Origin: an uncultured Balneolaceae bacterium
GTDB taxonomy: Bacteria > Bacteroidota > Rhodothermia > Balneolales > Balneolaceae
NCBI GenBank assembly: GCA_964413935.1
Contig: CAYPTY010000016.1
Location: forward strand, 1,086-65,085
Reading direction: 5' to 3'
Length of the DNA stretch: 64,000 nt
Shown here: positions 57,322-64,000 of the stretch, one piece after another
How positions within the stretch are numbered: position 1 is the stretch's first letter
Layout of the letters: each line of letters starts with the position of its first letter
The notes under the pieces: generated by a model
What the model saw: only the letters and a program-made list of their open reading frames with translations
The model's database searches: none
Told to the model about the DNA's origin: nothing
Translations under genes and position numbers: made by a program

Positions 57322-58536
57322 ATGGAGATCACCCCGCTCGAAACCGAACAAATCGGTATCAAGACCCTTGAAAAACACCTGATTAAATCCAAACACAGTA
57401 CATCACTGAAAATCGGGTTGCCCAAAGAGAACTCAAATGATGAACTCAGATTATCTCTTACACCAGGTGGAGTTTCCATACTTAAAGCCAACGGACATGA
57501 TGTCTATATGGAAAAAGGTGCGGGTGAAGGAGCCAGTTTCTCAGATCGTGAGTATGCCGAAGCCGGGGCTGAAATTGTGTACAGTACCGAAGACCTCTTC
57601 AAAAAATCAGAATTGATTTCAAAAATCGCTCCTCTTACAGAGGATGAACTTCAGTACCTCCAGCCGAATCAGATTTTGCTTTCCGCACTCCATCTCGGAG
57701 CAACAAATGAAGTCTTCTTCAAGAAACTGACACAGCAAGGCGTAACAGGTATCGGCTATGAATTTATAAAAGGTTCAGACAAAGAATTTCCGATTGTTCG
57801 GATGATGCATGAAATCACCGGTTCGATGTCGGTGCAAATCGCTGCCCACTACCTGGAAAACAGGAATGGCGGACAGGGCGTGATGCTGGGTGGTATTTCG
57901 GGGGTTCCTCCGGCTACCGTTGTCATTTTAGGTGCTGGAATTACGGGTGAATATGCAGCGCGAACTGCACTTGGTTATGGATCTCAGGTTTTTGTTATGG
58001 ATACCGATTTAACCAGCCTTCGCAGGCTTGAAAATGCACTTGACCGCCGCATTATCACTGCAGTAGCAAATGAACAATATATTTCTACGGCCCTTAAATT
58101 CGCTGATGTGATTATTGGTGCAGCTATGGCTGAGGGCGACCGTTCCCCATGCTGGGTTACCGAAGAGATGGTTGCCGGAATGAAACCCGGTTCTGTTGTA
58201 GTGGACACAGTCATTGATCAGGGAGGTTGTATCGCAACCAGTAGACCTACAACACACTCAAACCCAATCTTTAAGAAATACGACGTCACCCACTACTGTG
58301 TTCCCAACATTCCCGCAAATGTGGCCAGAACAGCAACCTATGCCCTTAATAATGTCATAGTGCCTTATCTGATTGCTATTGGAGATGCAGGTGGAATAAC
58401 CAATTGTCTCTGGAATAACATCGCCCTGAGAAACGGGACCTATGTATACAAAAAGCACATCACCAAAAAATCTCTTGCTGTACCCTATAATCTTCCCTAC
58501 AGAGATATTGAAATGCTGATTGCTTCCCAGATCTGA
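57322..58536 (+). CDS. ald: Alanine dehydrogenase family protein
   Basis: The KIGLPKE..E.R..LTP start motif follows a 28-aa extension. The NAD-binding motif is VVILGAGITG. Confidence 0.8.
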   Translation: MEITPLETEQIGIKTLEKHLIKSKHSTSLKIGLPKENSNDELRLSLTPGGVSILKANGHDVYMEKGAGEGASFSDREYAEAGAEIVYSTEDLFKKSELISKIAPLTEDELQYLQPNQILLSALHLGATNEVFFKKLTQQGVTGIGYEFIKGSDKEFPIVRMMHEITGSMSVQIAAHYLENRNGGQGVMLGGISGVPPATVVILGAGITGEYAARTALGYGSQVFVMDTDLTSLRRLENALDRRIITAVANEQYISTALKFADVIIGAAMAEGDRSPCWVTEEMVAGMKPGSVVVDTVIDQGGCIATSRPTTHSNPIFKKYDVTHYCVPNIPANVARTATYALNNVIVPYLIAIGDAGGITNCLWNNIALRNGTYVYKKHITKKSLAVPYNLPYRDIEMLIASQI

Positions 58537-58543
58537 TCAAAGT

Positions 58544-58912
58544 ATGTCCGAATTATCTGAGCGAAACTACAGACGCATCAATTATATTAACTGGGCACTT
58601 ACGGTACCTATGATGGTGATTTTTGCCTGGCCTTATTATCAGGCTTGCAGCCTGCTGGGGATTAAAGACCTTTTCACCTACCCGGGTTCATTTATTTTTG
58701 CCCTTGGATTCATGATCACGATACTGCACGGACATGTAACCATGGCTTTAGGTGCCGTACATCGGGATTATTATTACGATTGGCTGGAGAATAATCCCCT
58801 TAGCTTCGGACTGCTCTTTCATCGAATGATGGTAACCACTCGTTTCCGAATAACTATGTTCTTATCAAGTTTGGGGATTTTTCTGATAGGCTACCTCAGT
58901 TCAGCGATATAA
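58544..58912 (+). CDS. Hypothetical membrane protein
   Basis: 122 aa from the ATG at 58544 with 3-4 TM helices. I recognise no family. Confidence 0.45.
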   Translation: MSELSERNYRRINYINWALTVPMMVIFAWPYYQACSLLGIKDLFTYPGSFIFALGFMITILHGHVTMALGAVHRDYYYDWLENNPLSFGLLFHRMMVTTRFRITMFLSSLGIFLIGYLSSAI

Positions 58913-58914
58913 AA

Positions 58915-60813
58915 TTAAAGTTCTTTTCCCTTCAAAAGGGTATCAATCACAGAGGGATCCAGTAATGTTGAAGTATCCCCAAGATTGGATACATCACCGG
59001 ATGCCACCTTTCTCAGGATTCGCCTCATGATCTTACCGGAACGGGTTTTAGGCAGACCGCCAACGATCTGCATTTTATCCGGTTTTGCGATGGGACCAAT
59101 AATTTTTGTGACCAGATCCAGCAACTCTCTTTTAAAAGCAGCTTCATCTTCAATGTCTTCACCACAAATCATGAAGGCATAAATTCCCTGTCCCTTTATA
59201 TCATGCGGATATCCCACCACCGCTGATTCCACAACTTTGGGATGTTCATCCAGTGCATTTTCTACTTCAGCTGTTCCGAGTCTGTGTCCAGAAATGTTCA
59301 GAACATCGTCCACCCGACCGGTAATCCGGTAATAGCCTTCTTCATCACGGCGGCAACCATCCCCTGTGAAATAATAACCTTTATAAGCACTCATATATGT
59401 TTGAAGGTAGCGATCATGATCCCCATATATGGTTCTTGCAATGGAAGGCCAGGGAAATTGGATGCACAGGTTTCCCTCTACGGCATTTCCTTCAATCTCT
59501 TTACCATTTTCATCAAGAAGAACAGGAAAAATTCCGGGTAATGGAAGGGTAGCAAAACCAGGCTTGGTTGGTGTAACTCCAGCCAGCGGAGAAATCATAA
59601 TGCCACCGGTCTCTGTCTGCCACCAGGTATCCACGATTGGGCATCTTCCGCTGCCAATATGAGTATGATACCAGTGCCAGGCTTCTTCATTAATTGGTTC
59701 GCCTACGGTACCCAGAACTTTGAGTGAGTTCAGATCATACTTATTGACGTAATCCAGACTCGATTTCATGAGTGCACGAATCGCCGTTGGGGCTGTGTAA
59801 AAATGGGTTACTTTATACTTTTCAACCACTTCCCAAAAACGCCCTGCATCCGGATAAGTGGGAGTCCCTTCGAATATGATCCCTGTTGCTCCGTTCAGTA
59901 ATGGTCCGTAAATGATATAGGAATGACCGGTAATCCAGCCGGCATCTGCCGTACACCAGTATACGTCGTCTTCCTTAACCTGAAATACATTTCGAAAAGA
60001 ATAACTGGTATACACCATATAACCACCGCAGGTATGCACTACTCCCTTTGGTTTACCGGTTGAACCGGAGGTGTACAGTATGAAGAGTGGATCCTCTGCT
60101 TCCATTTCAACAGCAGTGTGAGATTTCGAAGCATTTCGGATAAGAAGGTGCCACCATTCGTCACGACCTTCTACCCAGTTTATTTCCTTATTGGTGCGTT
60201 GACAAACCACTACCTTTTCGACGGAGGGACAGTTTTGAAGAGCTTCGTCCGAAATATCTTTAAGTGGTACATGCTTTTCTCCGCGACGAAGGCCATCATT
60301 GGTAATCAACAGTTTTGCATCACAATCTTGAATCCGCTCTGCCAGCGATTGAGCTGAAAAACCAGCAAAAACGATGGAATGAATAGCTCCGATTCGGGCA
60401 CAAGCCAAAGCTGAAATTACCAGTTCTGGAGTCATGGCCATATAAATACAGACACGGTCACCTTTTTTGATACCCATATTGGTTAGTACATTGGCAAACC
60501 GGCACACATCCTCATATAATTGTCTGTAAGTGATAGTACGGCGGAAAGAATCCGGGTGGTTTGGTTCAAAAATAAAGGCCGTCTTATTACCGATGGAATT
60601 TAAATGTCGATCCAATGCGTTTTCGGTGATGTTCAACTTACCGCCTTCAAACCATTTGATATCGCCTTTTTCAAAACTTCCCGAATGAACTTTATCCCAG
60701 CGTTTGCGCCAGTAAAAAGTACCCGCTTCATGATCCCAGAATTCCAGGGGATCTTCCACGCTTTCTTTTACCTGTTCATTGTAATCTTCAAAAGTTTTGA
60801 TATTCAGCCACAT
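58915..60813 (-). CDS. acs: Acetyl-CoA synthetase
   Basis: 632 aa with the AMP-binding motif YTSGSTGKPKG and the C-terminal PKTRSGKIMRRILRK. Confidence 0.96.
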   Translation of the reverse strand: MWLNIKTFEDYNEQVKESVEDPLEFWDHEAGTFYWRKRWDKVHSGSFEKGDIKWFEGGKLNITENALDRHLNSIGNKTAFIFEPNHPDSFRRTITYRQLYEDVCRFANVLTNMGIKKGDRVCIYMAMTPELVISALACARIGAIHSIVFAGFSAQSLAERIQDCDAKLLITNDGLRRGEKHVPLKDISDEALQNCPSVEKVVVCQRTNKEINWVEGRDEWWHLLIRNASKSHTAVEMEAEDPLFILYTSGSTGKPKGVVHTCGGYMVYTSYSFRNVFQVKEDDVYWCTADAGWITGHSYIIYGPLLNGATGIIFEGTPTYPDAGRFWEVVEKYKVTHFYTAPTAIRALMKSSLDYVNKYDLNSLKVLGTVGEPINEEAWHWYHTHIGSGRCPIVDTWWQTETGGIMISPLAGVTPTKPGFATLPLPGIFPVLLDENGKEIEGNAVEGNLCIQFPWPSIARTIYGDHDRYLQTYMSAYKGYYFTGDGCRRDEEGYYRITGRVDDVLNISGHRLGTAEVENALDEHPKVVESAVVGYPHDIKGQGIYAFMICGEDIEDEAAFKRELLDLVTKIIGPIAKPDKMQIVGGLPKTRSGKIMRRILRKVASGDVSNLGDTSTLLDPSVIDTLLKGKEL

Positions 60814-60894
60814 AGCACAATTCGATTAATTTAAGATGGCTTATGATGTCTCTTTTTTCCTGTATAATCAAGTACATCCACTTCCATTCCTGAA

Positions 60895-63354
60895 ATGAAA
60901 TCAAAGGGCTATAAAATAATAGAATGGTGGTTTTCAGGAAAAGGAATCGAACCATTCCCTTTTCAGGAGCAAACCTGGAATGCGTGTTTGTCTGGGGAAC
61001 AGGGATTAGTAAATGCCCCCACCGGTAGTGGAAAATCATTTGCACTCTGGTTTCCAACTCTTATTGAGTGGATTGACCAGCATCCGGACGATTACAGGCA
61101 ACAGAAAAGCACCGGCCTTAAACTGATCTGGGTTACCCCATTACGTGCACTTGCAAAGGATTTGGAAATAGCTTTTCGTGACACACTTAGTGATCTGGGA
61201 GTGCCCTGGGAAGTTGGTAGAAGAACAGGCGATGTTTCTTATGCTGTAAAACAAAAACAGAACAGACGCATGCCTGAGGTACTCATCATCACACCCGAAA
61301 GTTTGCATGTACTTTTTACCCAAAAAAATTATGAACGCCATTTTAAAGATCTGAAGCGAATTGTGATTGATGAGTGGCATGAGCTGATCGGAACCAAGAG
61401 AGGAACCCAGACAGAATTGGCGATAAACAGGCTGAAACATATACAACCTGATTTGAACATATGGGGGGTTTCTGCTACTATCGGTAATCTGGAAGAGGCA
61501 CTTGAGGTATTATTAGGGACCGAATCCCACTCAATCAAATCCAGAATTATCAAGACATCTATTGATAAGAAAATTGAAGTGCACTCAATTTTACCGGATG
61601 AAATTGAAAAATTTCCATGGTATGGTCATCTGGGTATCAATCTGCTTCAAAAAGTCCTTCCGATTATAGAAGAAAGTCGCAGTTGTCTCATTTTCACCAA
61701 TACAAGAGGCCAGGCTGAATTATGGTTTCAGGAAATTTTGCTGGCAAAACCTGAACTTGCAGGGGTTATTGCCCTTCATCATGGTTCCTTAAATCGTGAG
61801 GTTAGGGACTGGGTTGAAAATTCACTCAGTGAAGGTAGCCTCAAAGCAGTGGTTTGTACCTCAAGCCTGGATCTGGGTGTCGATTTCAGTCCGGTTGAAA
61901 CGGTTATTCAGGTTGGTTCCCCAAAAGGGGTGGCCCGATTTTTACAAAGGGCCGGTCGAAGCGGACATAAACCTGGGCAAACCAGTGTGATTCACTTTTT
62001 ACCCACACATGCACTTGAACTTATTGAGGCTGCCGCACTTAAATCAGCCATAAAATCCACCGACCTCGAATCTCGTCCACCTATTCTGAAGCCCTATGAT
62101 GTGTTGATTCAATATATGGTCACTTTGGCCGTGAGTAATGGTTTTGAGGAGGATGAATTATACAATGAAGTAACAAAAACCTTTGCATATCAGACTCTGA
62201 CAAAGCATGAATGGAGAAGGATGTTAGATTTTATAACCACTGGGGGAGACTCACTCAAACGGTATGACGAGTACAAGAAAGTAATTCAGGAAAACGGATT
62301 ATACATTATCACGGACAAAAGAACAGCTCGACGTCATAAAATGAGTATTGGTACAATCAGCTCAGACAGCATGTTCAGGGTGAAGTATATGAGTGGAGCT
62401 AATATTGGGGTGATTGAAGAACGATTTATTACCCGACTTAATATTGGTGAAAAATTCTGGTTTGCCGGACGAACACTCGAACTAGTGAAACTAACCGGTC
62501 AGATTGCTTATGTGAAAAAAGCAAAACCAGGTAAAGCAAAAACACCGAGTTGGCAGGGCGGCAGGATGTCCCTTTCTTCAAATATGACTAAAATTCTTCG
62601 TGAAAAAATGCAGGAATATATATCAGGTAAAAGGGATGACGTAGAATTAAAAACAATTGAGCCCATTCTGGATATTCAAAAACAATGGTCAGTTTTGCCA
62701 GGCAAAGATGAGTTACTGATAGAGAAAACATATTCAAGAGAAGGATGCCATCTTTTCATTTTTCCATTCGAGGGAAGATATGTTCACGAAGGGATGGCTG
62801 CTTTAATTGCTTATCGGCTATCTAAAATTCAGCCTTTTACTTTTTCTATCGCTATGAATGATTATGGTTTTGAGTTACTTAGCGATCAAGACATACCTAT
62901 TGAGAAAGCACTGGAAAATGAATTATTCAGTACAGAAAACTTGATTGAGGATATTACTTCAAGTTTAAATCACACTGAATTGGCGAAATCCAGATTCTGG
63001 TCAATTTCACAGGTTGCAGGACTTATTTTTAATGGTTTCCCCGGTGAGCAAAGAAAGACTAAGCATTTGCAGATGTCGTCTGGTTTACTTTTTGATGTTT
63101 TTAAAGAATATGACCCGGAGAATCTTCTGTTGCTACAATCCTATGATGAAGTATTGTTTTTTCAGCTGGATGAAATCAGATTGCGACTAGCTTTAAAAAA
63201 AATTTCAGAGCAGCAGATTATACTGAATAATCCTGATCGGTTTACCCCTTATGCTTTTCCGATTATGGTTGATCGACTGCGTGAACGGCTTAGTACAGAA
63301 AAACTCATTGACCGCATCAAACGAATGCAATCCCAACTCGAAAAGCATATTTAA
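60895..63354 (+). CDS. Ligase-associated DNA damage response DEXH-box helicase (Lhr-core type)
   Basis: 819 aa with Walker A (APTGSGKS), DEXH (IDEWHEL) and motif VI (QRAGRSGH). It is followed by pdeM. Confidence 0.88.
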   Translation: MKSKGYKIIEWWFSGKGIEPFPFQEQTWNACLSGEQGLVNAPTGSGKSFALWFPTLIEWIDQHPDDYRQQKSTGLKLIWVTPLRALAKDLEIAFRDTLSDLGVPWEVGRRTGDVSYAVKQKQNRRMPEVLIITPESLHVLFTQKNYERHFKDLKRIVIDEWHELIGTKRGTQTELAINRLKHIQPDLNIWGVSATIGNLEEALEVLLGTESHSIKSRIIKTSIDKKIEVHSILPDEIEKFPWYGHLGINLLQKVLPIIEESRSCLIFTNTRGQAELWFQEILLAKPELAGVIALHHGSLNREVRDWVENSLSEGSLKAVVCTSSLDLGVDFSPVETVIQVGSPKGVARFLQRAGRSGHKPGQTSVIHFLPTHALELIEAAALKSAIKSTDLESRPPILKPYDVLIQYMVTLAVSNGFEEDELYNEVTKTFAYQTLTKHEWRRMLDFITTGGDSLKRYDEYKKVIQENGLYIITDKRTARRHKMSIGTISSDSMFRVKYMSGANIGVIEERFITRLNIGEKFWFAGRTLELVKLTGQIAYVKKAKPGKAKTPSWQGGRMSLSSNMTKILREKMQEYISGKRDDVELKTIEPILDIQKQWSVLPGKDELLIEKTYSREGCHLFIFPFEGRYVHEGMAALIAYRLSKIQPFTFSIAMNDYGFELLSDQDIPIEKALENELFSTENLIEDITSSLNHTELAKSRFWSISQVAGLIFNGFPGEQRKTKHLQMSSGLLFDVFKEYDPENLLLLQSYDEVLFFQLDEIRLRLALKKISEQQIILNNPDRFTPYAFPIMVDRLRERLSTEKLIDRIKRMQSQLEKHI

Positions 63355-63357
63355 GAA

Positions 63358-63999
63358 TTGCATCAGACATTACAATTATCGGGGCAAACATTACAATTGT
63401 TACCAGAAAGAGCACTCTTCTGGCAAGAAAAACAGGTATTGGTCGTAGCGGATGTTCACATTGGTAAAGCCGGGCATTTCAGAAAACACGGTATTCCTGT
63501 TCCTGATCTGGTTCATGACAAAAATCTGCAGCGTCTGGACAAATTAATTGAAGCCTGGCAACCCAAAACATTGATGTTTCTTGGTGACTTGTATCACAGT
63601 TCACCCAACAAAGAAACCATCGATTTTGACAAATGGTCCCATAAATACGCTGATCTTAACATCATATTGACACTTGGGAACCATGACACAGATCGAACCA
63701 TCTTTGAACACAGAAACATGCATGTGAAATGTGAGCTTTATGCAAAGCCATTTATTTTCCGGCATATACCAGAATTTGAAACAGAATCAAATCAGGTCAT
63801 AGAAATCTGTGGACATATACATCCCTCACTCAGGGTTCCAGTAAAAGCCCGCCAAAATGTTCGTTTACCTGCATTCATACTACTGAATAACACACTTATT
63901 ATCCCAGCCTTTGGAGAGTTTACCGGATCTCACAATATGAAAGGTTTAAAAAATGCCCGGCAATTTGTTATAGTTGAGGATACGGTCATTGAATTTTGA
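63358..63999 (+). CDS. pdeM: Ligase-associated DNA damage response metallophosphoesterase PdeM
   Basis: Motifs LPERALFW, VVADVHIGK, FLGDLYH, GNHD and GHIHP. The apparent start is a TTG at 63358, 3 nt after the helicase stop, and no in-frame ATG precedes the first metal motif. Confidence 0.85.
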   Translation: MHQTLQLSGQTLQLLPERALFWQEKQVLVVADVHIGKAGHFRKHGIPVPDLVHDKNLQRLDKLIEAWQPKTLMFLGDLYHSSPNKETIDFDKWSHKYADLNIILTLGNHDTDRTIFEHRNMHVKCELYAKPFIFRHIPEFETESNQVIEICGHIHPSLRVPVKARQNVRLPAFILLNNTLIIPAFGEFTGSHNMKGLKNARQFVIVEDTVIEF

Positions 64000-64000
64000 G

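Noticed and set aside
48707-60894. The 12.2-kb block between the two halves of the ligase-associated set, considered as an inserted mobile island
   Set aside because: It contains groES/groEL, rsmA, acs and ald. I saw no integrase, transposase, tRNA target or flanking direct repeats. A rearrangement or separate origin of the flanking pairs is more plausible than an island insertion.

Overview
This 64 kb window reads as a densely packed chromosomal core segment. I see no rRNA, tRNA, CRISPR array, transposase, integrase or phage genes. From gene content alone (fused ccoNO, DUF4412, DUF1343, the LemA/TPM trio, Shine-Dalgarno sites such as AAGGAG before groES), the source is probably a Bacteroidota/Rhodothermota/Balneolota-like bacterium; this is inference.

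Main modules, in window order:
- Two class-III aminotransferases in tandem (ornithine aminotransferase, truncated at the 5' edge, then L-lysine 6-transaminase), an SDR and purL.
- A roughly 9 kb cbb3-type cytochrome oxidase cluster: rrf2-ccoI-ccoS-ccoNO-ccoQ-ccoP, an intrinsic terminator, then ccoG-fixH-DsbD_2. The 58-aa ccoS is absent from the supplied ORF track.
- A HAD hydrolase and LemA/TPM/TPM.
- fadE with a TetR regulator, then trx-like/pdxH/trmB.
- An amidohydrolase, pyrG-NUDIX, glpQ, rlmB, DUF1343 and ndk.
- A class III nucleotide cyclase with a large zinc-ribbon N-terminal domain.
- A DUF255 thioredoxin-domain protein, mnmA, an HNH protein and a PiT-like membrane protein.
- gdh with an RsbW-like kinase, and trxA.
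- A 1400-aa DnaE with an N-terminal DEDDh exonuclease domain.
- oxyR followed directly by the exonuclease and ATP-dependent ligase of the ligase-associated DNA damage response set.
- An RND efflux pair, an AlkA-like HhH protein, groES/groEL, rsmA, ald and acs.
- The other half of the ligase-associated set (Lhr-like DEXH helicase and PdeM), which sits 12 kb from the first half and looks more AT-rich.

I found no convincing defence-island-like or clearly novel multi-gene system. The leads most worth follow-up are the split and compositionally mismatched ligase-associated repair set with oxyR attached, the Rrf2 regulator coupled to the cbb3 operon, and the exonuclease-DnaE fusion. All family calls rest on motif recognition by eye, with no searches run.
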